From: Bacteroidales bacterium
GTDB taxonomy: Bacteria; Bacteroidota; Bacteroidia; Bacteroidales; UBA932
NCBI GenBank assembly: GCA_022647615.1
Contig: JALCKZ010000001.1
Span: forward strand, 110,178 to 174,177
Length of the DNA: 64,000 bases
Reading direction: 5' to 3'
Part shown: positions 17,918 to 27,294 of the stretch, piece after piece
Layout: every line of letters starts with the position of its first letter
How positions within the stretch are numbered: position 1 is the stretch's first letter
Translations under genes and position numbers: made by a program
Notes under the pieces: model-generated
Database searches by the model: none
What the model saw: the letters and a program-made list of their open reading frames with translations, nothing else
Told to the model about the DNA's origin: nothing

Positions 17918-18454
17918 GTGATGCCGGAAGAGCAAAAAAATATTGAACAGCAGACTGAAAAACAGCATGATAAAGTAGAGCAACACCCTCAAAAGAAGAG
18001 CAATAATTTTTTCTCATACTTCACAAAGGAGAATGCTAAAAAGTTTATTCACGATAATGTAACCCATTCTACTCAATCAAATGCAGTAATCGCAATATCA
18101 ATTGGTTATGGAGTGTTCTGCGGCTGCATTCCTTTGTGGGGGCTGCAGCTGATTTTTGCAGGAATTACCGCACACTTCATGAAACTGAATCCGGTAATTG
18201 TAATGGCCTTCACACTAATTACGCTTCCCCCTATCCTTCCATTTGTCATCCTTGCAAGCATTGTTGTTGGAGGATGGGTAAGCGGCAAACCAACGTTTAT
18301 TGATTTAGCTCAGATTGACGGCAAGGTAATGTACTCATACCTAATGCAATACCTTATCGGGAGCATAGTACTTGCTATTAGCGCCGGACTAGTTTTTACA
18401 GCCGGTTCATGGCTGCTTTTGAAAATTTTCAGAACAAATACCCAAACTTCTTAA
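17918..18454 (+). CDS. DUF2062-family membrane protein
   Basis: 178 aa with a polar N-terminus followed by GVFCGCIPLWGLQLIFAGITAHFMKLNP, typical of DUF2062. Confidence 0.55.
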   Translation: MMPEEQKNIEQQTEKQHDKVEQHPQKKSNNFFSYFTKENAKKFIHDNVTHSTQSNAVIAISIGYGVFCGCIPLWGLQLIFAGITAHFMKLNPVIVMAFTLITLPPILPFVILASIVVGGWVSGKPTFIDLAQIDGKVMYSYLMQYLIGSIVLAISAGLVFTAGSWLLLKIFRTNTQTS

Positions 18455-19358
18455 GCTCCTGCTTATTCTCTCTCCACGCAGGGTCCACCTTAACAAAAAT
18501 CTTTAAGAAAACTTTTTTGTCAAAGAATTTTTCCATCTCTTTACGGGCCTGAGTACCAACTTTTTTCAAAGCCGCTCCCCCTTTGCCTATTATAATTCCT
18601 TTCTGAGATTCCCGCACAACATTTATAATTGCCTCAATGGAATAAATCTTCTCCTCTTCCTTAAAAGAATCAATCACAACCTCTGCGCAATAAGGAATTT
18701 CCTTAGTGTAATTTTCCAAAATTTTTTCTCTTAAAATTTCAGAGGCAAAGAAACGTAAATTTCTGTCGGTGAACACATCACGGTCATACCATGCATGCTG
18801 CTGCGGCAAGATGGAAACAATTTTTTTAAGCAGAATATCCGTATTGAATTTATTAAGCGCAGAGATAGGAAGTATCTCCGCCTTTGGTACAAGACGATGC
18901 CATTTTTCTACCAGCGCATCTACAACGGCAGGTTCTGTTTTATCAATCTTGTTAACAACAATCAGAACAGGAACGGAGAGCAGGTTAAGTTTTTTAACAT
19001 ACTCTTCATTCTTTTCCGATTTTTCATAAACATCTGTAACGTAGATAATTATATCAGCATCTCCGATAGCCGAATCCACAAACTGCATCATTGCTTCCTG
19101 CAGTTCATAAGAGGGTTTAAGTATTCCCGGCGTATCAGAAAAAACAATTTGATAATCCTTGCCGTTAACAATCCCCATTATCCTGTGGCGCGTTGTCTGC
19201 GCTTTTGCAGTAACAATAGAGAGCTTCTCACCCACAAGAACATTCATCAGCGTAGATTTGCCAACATTGGGATTTCCAATGATGTTCACAAACCCCGATT
19301 TGTTTATCTGATCTTTTTCTTTTGATACAGCCATCTGATATTCATTTAGTTGCAGCAA
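18429..19358 (-). CDS. era: GTPase Era
   Basis: G1 GNPNVGKST, G3 DTPG, G4 NKID and a C-terminal KH domain (GIIIGKGGAALK). The start may instead be the Met at 19334. Confidence 0.9.
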   Translation of the reverse strand: MLQLNEYQMAVSKEKDQINKSGFVNIIGNPNVGKSTLMNVLVGEKLSIVTAKAQTTRHRIMGIVNGKDYQIVFSDTPGILKPSYELQEAMMQFVDSAIGDADIIIYVTDVYEKSEKNEEYVKKLNLLSVPVLIVVNKIDKTEPAVVDALVEKWHRLVPKAEILPISALNKFNTDILLKKIVSILPQQHAWYDRDVFTDRNLRFFASEILREKILENYTKEIPYCAEVVIDSFKEEEKIYSIEAIINVVRESQKGIIIGKGGAALKKVGTQARKEMEKFFDKKVFLKIFVKVDPAWRENKQELKKFGYLF

Positions 19359-19367
19359 TATTACCTG

Positions 19368-20960
19368 TTACTTGTAAGAGCCCATCTTGAGCATCCCTAT
19401 CTCCTGCTGAGTAAGGAATCTCCACTGTCCGCGTCTTAGTCCCTTCTTTGTAAGTCCCGCAAAATAAACACGGTCCAGCTTCTTAACTTTATATCCAAGA
19501 CTCTCAAAAATTCTCCTGACAATTCTGTTTCTGCCGGTATGGATTTCTATTCCAAGCTGGCTCTCATCTTCATCTATATATGAAAGCGCATCAGCATTAA
19601 TAGGTCCGTCTTCCAGTTCAATACCGTTTACAATCTTCTCAAAATCATCCTTTTTCAGATTCTTATCCAAAAAGACCTGATAGATTTTTTTCTTCTCATA
19701 AGAAGGATGTGTCAGCTGTTCTGTGAGTTCTCCGTCATTTGTCAGCAGCAGCACGCCCGTTGTCTCTCTATCTAGTCTCCCGACAGGATATACTCTCTCA
19801 GCACATTTGCCCTCCACCAAATCCATTACGGTCTTTTCCGCATGAGGGTCAGAAGTTGTTGTAACATAATCTTTTGGCTTATTCATTAAGATGTAAACTT
19901 TCTGTTCGCCCTTAATAACCTCACCATTGAACTTAACAACATCATTCTGAAAAACTTTTGTTCCAAGCTCAGTAATTACCTGATCATTAATAGAAACCAC
20001 TCCGGCTGTGATAAAATCATCAGCCTCTCTTCTGGAACAAATTCCTGAATTTGCAATAAACTTATTTAAACGAGTTCCCTCTTCTCCAGCAGCCTTTGGC
20101 TGTCTTGGTTTAGGGGTATATTCCTGAACGTAAGAGCGCTGCTTATCCAAAGTCTCATCCCCGTTCTCTTGGAATCTGTCTATTCTGCTCTCATTCATCT
20201 CCTCCCTGCGGGCAGCTCTCTCTGCATCAAAATCCCTGCGCGGCTTCCTGTCTCTATCTCCAAAACTTCTTCTTGGTCTGTCGCCTCCGTCTCGTGAACC
20301 GCCAAAGCTTCTGCGAGGTCTGTCGCCTCCATCACGTGAACCGCCAAAGCTTCTTCTTGGACGGTCTCCAAATGTTCTTGGTTTATCTCCGTAACTCCTT
20401 CTCTCTCTGTGCTCTCCTCCCTCCTTGTCATCATCAAATTTTCTTCTGAAAGGTCTGTCTCCAAAACTCCTCGGCTTATCCCCAAAACTTCTTCTTGGAC
20501 GGTCGCCTCCATCACGTGAGCCGCCAAAACTTCTTCTTGGACGGTCGCCAAATGTTCTTGGTTTATCTCCGTAACTCTTTCTTTCTCTGTGCTCTCCCCC
20601 CTCCTTGTCATCATCAAATTTCCTTCTGAAAGGTCTGTCTCCAAAACTCCTCGGCTTATCTCCAAAGCTCCTTCTTGGTCTATCTCCTCCGTCACGTGAA
20701 CTCCCGTAACTCCTTCTTGGTCTGTCACCTCCGTCACGCGAACCGCCAAAACTTCTTCTTGGACGGTCACCTCCATCGCGCGTTCCTCTGAAACTTCTGC
20801 GCGGTTTCTCATCTGAGCCTTCACCTTTATCATCTCTGTCGTGATGAAAACTCCTTCTCTGCGGACGTCCTGAGCCTTCCCCGGCTGAGAACTTTCTGTG
20901 TCCGTAGCTGCGTCCTGTACTCTTTGAGTCAGAGCGCCTTGGTCTAAATTCCTTTTCCAT
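19368..20960 (-). CDS. rluB: RluB/RsuA-family pseudouridine synthase with a long RG/RD-rich repetitive N-terminal extension
   Basis: The C-terminal 270 aa hold an S4 domain (RLNKFIANSGICSRREAD) and a catalytic PVGRLD motif. The N-terminal 255 aa or so are repeats of GGSRDGGDRPRRSFG. Confidence 0.85.
   Translation of the reverse strand: MEKEFRPRRSDSKSTGRSYGHRKFSAGEGSGRPQRRSFHHDRDDKGEGSDEKPRRSFRGTRDGGDRPRRSFGGSRDGGDRPRRSYGSSRDGGDRPRRSFGDKPRSFGDRPFRRKFDDDKEGGEHRERKSYGDKPRTFGDRPRRSFGGSRDGGDRPRRSFGDKPRSFGDRPFRRKFDDDKEGGEHRERRSYGDKPRTFGDRPRRSFGGSRDGGDRPRRSFGGSRDGGDRPRRSFGDRDRKPRRDFDAERAARREEMNESRIDRFQENGDETLDKQRSYVQEYTPKPRQPKAAGEEGTRLNKFIANSGICSRREADDFITAGVVSINDQVITELGTKVFQNDVVKFNGEVIKGEQKVYILMNKPKDYVTTTSDPHAEKTVMDLVEGKCAERVYPVGRLDRETTGVLLLTNDGELTEQLTHPSYEKKKIYQVFLDKNLKKDDFEKIVNGIELEDGPINADALSYIDEDESQLGIEIHTGRNRIVRRIFESLGYKVKKLDRVYFAGLTKKGLRRGQWRFLTQQEIGMLKMGSYK
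20320..20690 (-). repeat. Near-identical 180-nt tandem duplication inside the rluB N-terminal region
   Basis: Lines 20341-20460 and 20521-20640 are almost identical at a 180-nt offset. Each unit encodes about 60 aa (FGDKPRSFGDRPFRRKFDDDKEGGEHRER.SYGDKPRTFGDRPRRSFGGSRDGGDRPRRS). Confidence 0.9.
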
Positions 20961-20980
20961 TTTATAAATATAATCGGCGG

Positions 20981-20988
20981 CAAATGTA
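20981..20988 (-). promoter_or_regulatory. Candidate -7 box (TAcaTTTG) for rluB-era
   Basis: Exact TAnnTTTG on the minus strand, 20 nt upstream of the rluB ATG. Confidence 0.4.
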
Positions 20989-21038
20989 TGCCAATAAAAG
21001 ATTATTTCCTATTTTTACAGACGTTAAAATTTTAAGAC

Positions 21039-22316
21039 ATGGCAAGAAGGATTTTTGTGAAAAAGTTTTGGAGGATATCGCCATTAGTGCGGGAGAATCT
21101 GAGGGTTGCGCTGCGTTCTATTAAAAACAACAGGCTGCGGTCTGCTCTTACAATTCTTATAGTCGCGATAGGAATTACCTCTCTAGTGGGTATTCTGACG
21201 GCTACGGACTCATTAAAAAGCGAAGTCAGCTCCAGTTTTGAAAAGCTCGGAGCAAGCTCATTTACAATTTCTCAGCAATATTTTGGGGGCTCTTCTATCA
21301 AAAGCGGAAGAATAAGAAACAATTCAAACATCACCTATTTTCAGGCGGAAGAATTTAAAAGACAATATGATATACCGGCGTTTGTAAGCGTTTACAATTA
21401 CGCCGAAGCAAAAACCGTTAAGAGAGGCTCATTAAGCACCTCCCCAAGAGTTGAATTGTATGGCGCCGATGAAGATTACGTTCCATATTCAAATGCGCAA
21501 ATAGCGGAGGGAAGAAATTTTTCACAGCAAGATATTAAAGGCGCCGCTTTTGTCTGTTTGCTTGGGTCCGGCGTTGTTTCCACGGTATTTAAACCGGGAG
21601 AGCATGCGGTAGGACAATCAGTTGATTTGGAGGGAGTTAAATATAGAGTAATTGGATTGCTTGCAAGCAAAGGACAAGGATTTGGCGGAGGCGGTGCAGA
21701 CCAAAGCATAATTGTTCCGGTCACTAATGCGCGCTCCTATTTTTTTGGGGATAACGCCTCTTATGAGATTGGAGTTCAGCCAAGAATTGCGCTTGAGGAT
21801 ATGTCTCCCGTGTATGATAAAGCGGAACAAATTTTCCGAGGAGTGCGCCGCTTAAGTCCTATGGATGAGGATGATTTCACAATTGACCGCAATGAGTCAA
21901 TGCTAAAACAGTCCGGCAAAACCCTGGGAACAATTACAATAATTGCAGCTGTCATAGGCCTTATTACTCTGCTTGGAGCAGCAGTAGGATTGATGAACAT
22001 AATGCTTGTATCGGTTAAAGAGAGAACATCGGAAATAGGTGTACGCAAGGCAATTGGAGCTTCATCAAAAATGATAAGACAACAGTTTTTATTTGAATCA
22101 ATAGTAATTGCGCAGATAGGCTGCCTTCTTGGAATTGTACTTGGAGTGGCTGCCGGAAACGCAGTGGCCGCGCTGATGAAAGCTAATTTTGTTATGCCTT
22201 GGATGTGGATGCTGCTTGCAATTGTGATTTGCCTAATTGTTGGCATATCAAGCGGTTATCTTCCTGCAAAACGTGCCGCCGCGCTTGACCCTATAGAAGC
22301 GCTGCGCTATGAATAG
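21039..22316 (+). CDS. ABC transporter permease (MacB/FtsX type)
   Basis: 425 aa with an N-terminal TM, a large periplasmic domain and a C-terminal FtsX 3-TM module (VKERTSEIGVRKAIGAS). Confidence 0.85.
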   Translation: MARRIFVKKFWRISPLVRENLRVALRSIKNNRLRSALTILIVAIGITSLVGILTATDSLKSEVSSSFEKLGASSFTISQQYFGGSSIKSGRIRNNSNITYFQAEEFKRQYDIPAFVSVYNYAEAKTVKRGSLSTSPRVELYGADEDYVPYSNAQIAEGRNFSQQDIKGAAFVCLLGSGVVSTVFKPGEHAVGQSVDLEGVKYRVIGLLASKGQGFGGGGADQSIIVPVTNARSYFFGDNASYEIGVQPRIALEDMSPVYDKAEQIFRGVRRLSPMDEDDFTIDRNESMLKQSGKTLGTITIIAAVIGLITLLGAAVGLMNIMLVSVKERTSEIGVRKAIGASSKMIRQQFLFESIVIAQIGCLLGIVLGVAAGNAVAALMKANFVMPWMWMLLAIVICLIVGISSGYLPAKRAAALDPIEALRYE

Positions 22317-23628
22317 AATCATGAGAAAAGATAGTAATATTCAATTTAAATCCCCCGCTGAAATCAAAGCCTTTCAGGAAGCGGGAATGAGAGAAGAACT
22401 AAAAAACCTGCAGGCTAATTCTAAATACTACAAGAATCTATTCAAAAAGAGTAAGATAGACATTTCCAAAATCAGAAAGATTGAGGACTTGCAGCAAATC
22501 CCTGTTACCACAAAAAAAGAGTTGCAAATGTATGGCAATGATTTTCTGTGCGTTCCAAAGGGAGAGGTTATAGACTACGTTACAACGTCCGGCACTCTTG
22601 GAGACCCTGTCACTTTTGCCTTGACGGAGAATGACTTGCAGCGCCTGGCCTATAATGAATTCCTCTCATTCACTACTGTCGGGATTACAAAAAAAGATAT
22701 TATGCAGCTTATGACCACAATGGACAGAAGGTTCATGGCAGGGTTTGCATACTACATGGGGGCGAGGCAGCTTGGATGCGGAATTATAAGAGTGGGCAAC
22801 GGAATCCCTGAACTTCAATGGGATACGATTAACCGCGTGCACCCTACTTTCTGCATGGTAGTTCCATCATTTATTCTCAAGCTAATTGACTACGCAGATA
22901 AAAACGGCATAGATGTTACAAAGTGCTCTATAAAAAAGGCGGTTTGCATTGGAGAATCCTTGCGCAATAGTGATTTCACTCTCAATAAGTTAGGACAGCG
23001 TATTCACGACAGGTGGCCAAATCTGGAGATGCACTCCACCTATGCATCAACTGAGATGCAATCTTCATTCACAGAGTGCAAGTATCAGTGCGGAGGACAT
23101 CTGCAGCCGGAGCTAATCATTGTTGAATTCCTGGATGAAAATAATAATCCGGTTCCGGAAGGGACTCCCGGGGATGTTACAATTACAACGCTGGGTGTTA
23201 CCGGAATGCCGCTGCTGAGATTTAAGACCGGAGATATATGTGATAGAGTATCAGGTAAATGCAAGTGCGGCAGAAATACCATAAGACTGACTCCTGTTGT
23301 AGGACGTCTTGGACAAATGATAAAGTACAAAGGGACAACCCTTTATCCTCCCGCGCTTAATGACGTGCTGGATAACATACCAGGAATTAAGAACTACATC
23401 ATAGAAGTCTACACTAACTCAATTGGAACAGACAGCATTCGCGTAAGAATTGGCGGATCAGATGCTTCCGACTCTTTTATCAAGAGAGTGAAGGATAGTT
23501 TCCGCTCAAAGGTGCGCGTTGCCCCGGACATTTCAATAGAGCCGGAAGACCTAATCTCAAAGGAGATGTTTCCGCCAATGAGCCGCAAGCCAATCAAATT
23601 TGTTGATTTGCGTGAAAAGTCCAAATAA
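22309..23628 (+). CDS. Adenylate-forming enzyme, phenylacetate-CoA ligase / F390-synthetase family
   Basis: 439 aa with an AMP-binding P-loop-like TSGTLGDPV, YASTE and a later GD..D motif. It overlaps the permease stop by 8 nt. Confidence 0.7.
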   Translation: MNRIMRKDSNIQFKSPAEIKAFQEAGMREELKNLQANSKYYKNLFKKSKIDISKIRKIEDLQQIPVTTKKELQMYGNDFLCVPKGEVIDYVTTSGTLGDPVTFALTENDLQRLAYNEFLSFTTVGITKKDIMQLMTTMDRRFMAGFAYYMGARQLGCGIIRVGNGIPELQWDTINRVHPTFCMVVPSFILKLIDYADKNGIDVTKCSIKKAVCIGESLRNSDFTLNKLGQRIHDRWPNLEMHSTYASTEMQSSFTECKYQCGGHLQPELIIVEFLDENNNPVPEGTPGDVTITTLGVTGMPLLRFKTGDICDRVSGKCKCGRNTIRLTPVVGRLGQMIKYKGTTLYPPALNDVLDNIPGIKNYIIEVYTNSIGTDSIRVRIGGSDASDSFIKRVKDSFRSKVRVAPDISIEPEDLISKEMFPPMSRKPIKFVDLREKSK

Positions 23629-23638
23629 GAGATTTTTT

Positions 23639-23646
23639 ATAACTTT
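23639..23646 (+). promoter_or_regulatory. Candidate -7 box (TAacTTTG) for parC-aroK
   Basis: Exact TAnnTTTG, 28 nt upstream of the parC ATG. Confidence 0.4.
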
Positions 23647-23674
23647 GCCGACCATTTAATTTAACGGAGACGAC

Positions 23675-26476
23675 ATGGCAGAAGATGATGAAATAAGGTC
23701 CGGAGAGACTGATGATGAGCAAGATAAGCATACAGAAGATGAAGGATATTCCGCAGAGGACGCAGCTCAAGATGCTGTTGTAGATGGGGAGGCTTCCGGA
23801 AAGTTCACAAAACTTATTGCAGAGGGAGAGAATAAGTACAAAATCACAGGAATGTACAAGAACTGGTTCCTGGATTACGCTTCATACGTAATTCTGGACC
23901 GCGCGGTTCCGCATATCCTGGACGGGCTGAAACCTGTTCAACGCCGTATCTTGCATACAATGAAGCTGATGGATGATGGGCGCTTTAACAAAGTTGCCAA
24001 CATCGCAGGTCAGACAATGCAATTTCACCCGCACGGAGATGCCTCCATTATGGACGCCCTTGTGCAGATGGGACAAAAAAATCTCCTTATAGATTGTCAG
24101 GGAAACTGGGGAAATACAGTTACGGGAGATGATGCCGCCGCCGGACGTTACATTGAGGCGCGGCTTAGCAATTTTGCTAATGACGTAGTCTTCAACCCAA
24201 AGACAACAGAGTGGATGAAGTCTTACGACGGACGCAATAGAGAACCCGTTACATTGCCCGTTAAATTTCCATTATTGCTTCAGCAAGGAGCAGACGGAAT
24301 TGCCGTAGGATTAAATTGCAAAGTTCTTCCGCATAACTTTAATGAATTGATAGATGCTGCCGTTGCATATCTGCAAGGCAAAGATTTTCAGCTATATCCG
24401 GACTTCCCTTCCGGAGGGATGATAGATGTCAGCCGCTACAATGACGGCAAGCGCGGAGGGGTTGTAAAGGTCAGAGCCAAAATTGCCAGAGTTGATAAAA
24501 AAACTATCGAGATTACAGAAATTCCTTACGGCAAAAACTCAAAGGATATTATTAAGAGCATAAAGGCGGCTTATGATAAAGGGAAGATAAAGATTAAAAG
24601 AGCTGATGATGATTCTGCAAAAAATGCAGATATCGTAATCACTTTAAATAGCGATGTCTCCCCTGATAAGACAATTGACGCACTTTACGCATTTACGGAC
24701 TGCGAGGTTTCAATTTCTCCAAACACTTGTGTCATAAAGGATAACAAGCCTCAATTCTTAACCGTAACGGAAGTTCTTAAGGTCAACGCAGATAGAACAA
24801 AAGAGCTTCTAAAGCAAGAACTTGAGATTAAACTCCAGGAGCTGCAGGATACATGGCACTATCTTTCGCTTGAGAAAATTTTCTTTGAAGAGAAGAAATA
24901 TAAGTTATTGGAGAAAGACTCAAAGAGCTGGGAATCACAGCTTTCTGAAATTCACAAGGCAATGCTTGCATATCAGGAACGGCTGCAACAGCCTATCACG
25001 ATGGAAGATATCCAAAAGCTTGTTGAGAAGCCCGTACGTAAAATTTCCAAATTTGACGTTAAAGAGTGCAATGCAAAAATTGCTAAGGCAGAGAGCGAGA
25101 TGAAGGGTATAAAGAAGCACCTTAACTCTTTGACGCAGTTCACGATAGACTATTACCTGGCCCTTAAGAAAAAATACGGGGAGAACTTTCCGCGCAGGAC
25201 TGAAATTGCAAATTTTGAAACAATTCAGGCCACAAAAGTTGCCGTATCAAATGCAAAACTTTACGCAAATTATGCAGAAGGTTTTGTAGGAATGCAGCTT
25301 AAAAAGGATGAGAACGCACAATTCATCTGCGACTGTTCAGACATTGATGATATAATAGTTTTCCTTAAGAGCGGTAAATATATTGTCACAAAAATATCTG
25401 ACAAAACATTTGTTGGCAAGGATATAATTCATGCCGGAGTATTTGTAAAGAATGATGTAAGAACCATATACAATGCAATTTACAGGGACGGCAAAAACGG
25501 TTCATGCTTTGTAAAAAGATTTGCGGTTCCTGCAGTTACAAGAGACAAAGAGTATGATTTAACTCAGGGCAAGGCAGATTCAACAGTTCTTTGGTTTACT
25601 GCCAATCCTAACGGAGAAGCTGAGACAGTGAAAGTTATGCTGCGTCCAAGACCAAAACTTAAGAAGCTTATCTTTGATTACGACTTTGCACAGCTTGCCG
25701 TCAAGGGGCGCGGGTCACGCGGCAACATATTGACAAAGAACGCAGTAACCAAAGTTCTATTAAGGTCCGCGGGCGCATCTACGCTTGGAGATAAACCTCT
25801 TTGGTTTGATAAAGACATCAACCGTCTGAATGAAGATAATCACGGATTATATCTTGGAAAATTCCATGAAGGTGATATGATTCTTGCTGTCTACAAAGAT
25901 GGCACCTATTGTACAACCAATTTTGATTTGACAAACCACTATCAGGGAGAAATCCTGAGGATAGAGAAAATGAATCCTGAAAAGGTCTTTGCAGCAGTCT
26001 ATTATGACGGCGAGACAAAGAAGTTCTACATTAAGAGATTCTGTTTTGAGGTTAATAATAACCCTACAAATATTTTCATATCAGAGGCAGAAGGGTCTTA
26101 CCTAGAGAGACTTACAGACAAGCCTGGTACAAAGGCAATTGTCCAGTTCCTGGTTAAGCAGAAAACAGGACGCGGCAAAAAAGCTGTCGAGACCACAAAA
26201 GAGGAGAATGAAATTGTTGATATTGACCAGTTTGTAGAGAAGAAAGGCTGGAAGGCGAAGGGAAGAAAACTTACCGGCGTAGAGGTAGAAAAAGTTGGTT
26301 TGATAGAGCCGGTTGAGCTGGATGAAGACATGCCGGAGCCGGAAGAAACGGATGTCCCGGAAGAAACTGCATCTGAGGAAGAACCTGATACTCCGGAAGA
26401 TATCCCGGATGACACACCTGAGCAACCAGGTGATAACCAGCCATCTGATGATAACGGAGACCCTACTCTATTTTAA
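23675..26476 (+). CDS. parC: DNA topoisomerase IV subunit A (GyrA/ParC family)
   Basis: DGLKPVQRRILH, HPHGD and an active-site AAGRYIEARL (Tyr). Bacteroidota ParC-like architecture with acidic N- and C-terminal tails. Confidence 0.75.
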   Translation: MAEDDEIRSGETDDEQDKHTEDEGYSAEDAAQDAVVDGEASGKFTKLIAEGENKYKITGMYKNWFLDYASYVILDRAVPHILDGLKPVQRRILHTMKLMDDGRFNKVANIAGQTMQFHPHGDASIMDALVQMGQKNLLIDCQGNWGNTVTGDDAAAGRYIEARLSNFANDVVFNPKTTEWMKSYDGRNREPVTLPVKFPLLLQQGADGIAVGLNCKVLPHNFNELIDAAVAYLQGKDFQLYPDFPSGGMIDVSRYNDGKRGGVVKVRAKIARVDKKTIEITEIPYGKNSKDIIKSIKAAYDKGKIKIKRADDDSAKNADIVITLNSDVSPDKTIDALYAFTDCEVSISPNTCVIKDNKPQFLTVTEVLKVNADRTKELLKQELEIKLQELQDTWHYLSLEKIFFEEKKYKLLEKDSKSWESQLSEIHKAMLAYQERLQQPITMEDIQKLVEKPVRKISKFDVKECNAKIAKAESEMKGIKKHLNSLTQFTIDYYLALKKKYGENFPRRTEIANFETIQATKVAVSNAKLYANYAEGFVGMQLKKDENAQFICDCSDIDDIIVFLKSGKYIVTKISDKTFVGKDIIHAGVFVKNDVRTIYNAIYRDGKNGSCFVKRFAVPAVTRDKEYDLTQGKADSTVLWFTANPNGEAETVKVMLRPRPKLKKLIFDYDFAQLAVKGRGSRGNILTKNAVTKVLLRSAGASTLGDKPLWFDKDINRLNEDNHGLYLGKFHEGDMILAVYKDGTYCTTNFDLTNHYQGEILRIEKMNPEKVFAAVYYDGETKKFYIKRFCFEVNNNPTNIFISEAEGSYLERLTDKPGTKAIVQFLVKQKTGRGKKAVETTKEENEIVDIDQFVEKKGWKAKGRKLTGVEVEKVGLIEPVELDEDMPEPEETDVPEETASEEEPDTPEDIPDDTPEQPGDNQPSDDNGDPTLF

Positions 26477-26489
26477 TTCACGATAGTTT

Positions 26490-27017
26490 ATGATACTTTC
26501 TTTATGCGGTTTTATGTCATGCGGCAAAAGCGGCATGGGGCGTTACCTAGCCAATGAGTTAAAAACGCAAGTCATTGACTTGGACAGTTATATAGAGACG
26601 CAGGAAGGATGTACCGTTTCTGAATATTTTGCAAAAAATGGAGAAGAAAAATTCCGGGCAACGGAATTAAATGCGCTAAAAAAGATTATCGCAGATTACC
26701 GGGATAAAAATCTAATTCTATCTCTCGGCGGCGGAACGCCAATGAATCCTGAGTGCAAAAAGCTCATCAAAGAGAAAACTTTTTGCATCTATCTCACCTG
26801 TACAATTAAAGAGCTGGCTTTCAGATTAAAAGACACGGCAAGTCAGCGCCCCGTCTTTGCCGCCAAAGGAGAAGCAGATACAGAATCGTGGGTAAAAACC
26901 ATGCTTGCCAAAAGAGAACCATCTTATCTACAATGCTCTAAACTCCAGGTAGATACCACCATCTGGGATAAAAAATCCATAGCAGAAGAAATCCTAAAAA
27001 GATTACCTAACAGGTAA
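26490..27017 (+). CDS. aroK: Shikimate kinase
   Basis: 175 aa with P-loop GFMSCGKS, D.D...IE, and FR..E...L and LGGG motifs. Confidence 0.8.
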   Translation: MILSLCGFMSCGKSGMGRYLANELKTQVIDLDSYIETQEGCTVSEYFAKNGEEKFRATELNALKKIIADYRDKNLILSLGGGTPMNPECKKLIKEKTFCIYLTCTIKELAFRLKDTASQRPVFAAKGEADTESWVKTMLAKREPSYLQCSKLQVDTTIWDKKSIAEEILKRLPNR

Positions 27018-27039
27018 TATCAATGTCCCCAAGCGGAGC

Positions 27040-27206
27040 GGCAAAGTCGCGAACGCCGCGCCAAAGGCGCGTGCCTCCTTCACCGCGGCAGCGGTGTTAA
27101 CCACAAGGCAATGCGCTGCTTTGTAGCGCATTGCTGCAGCCCGCGCAGCGGGCTGTACTTGCTGCTTTGTAGCGCATTGCTTCAGCAACCTGTAAAACAG
27201 GTTGCA
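27040..27206 (-). repeat. GC-rich multi-hairpin repeat, copy D (reverse orientation, diverged and partly duplicated)
   Basis: cgcgcc-aaa-ggcgcg, tgcctcc, caccgc-ggca-gcggtg, ttaaccacaa, gcaatgcgct-GCTTTGT-agcgcattgc. It then has cagcccgc-gca-gcgggctg, a second GCTTTGT-agcgcattgc half, and gcaacctg-taaaa-caggttgc. Confidence 0.8.
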
Positions 27207-27269
27207 GTAAAAAATCCCTTATTGAGGGAGATTTTTTGCAAAAAAAGCACTCATTGAGGGATTTTTATT

Positions 27270-27277
27270 TATATTTG
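27270..27277 (+). promoter_or_regulatory. Candidate -7 box (TAtaTTTG) for the COG1373 ATPase
   Basis: Exact TAnnTTTG, 17 nt upstream of the ATG at 27295. Confidence 0.4.
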
Positions 27278-27294
27278 CAACAAATCTTAAAGCC

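Noticed and set aside
18429-18454. A 26-nt 3'-end overlap between the convergent DUF2062 gene and era.
   Set aside because: Short convergent overlaps are common in compact genomes, and nothing in the sequence suggests a special regulatory role.
20195-20983. A 262-aa ORF in a second frame of the same strand as rluB.
   Set aside because: It exists only because the RG-repeat region lacks stops in that frame. Its composition is repetitive (EEVL/TEVT), and it runs past the rluB start into the promoter region.
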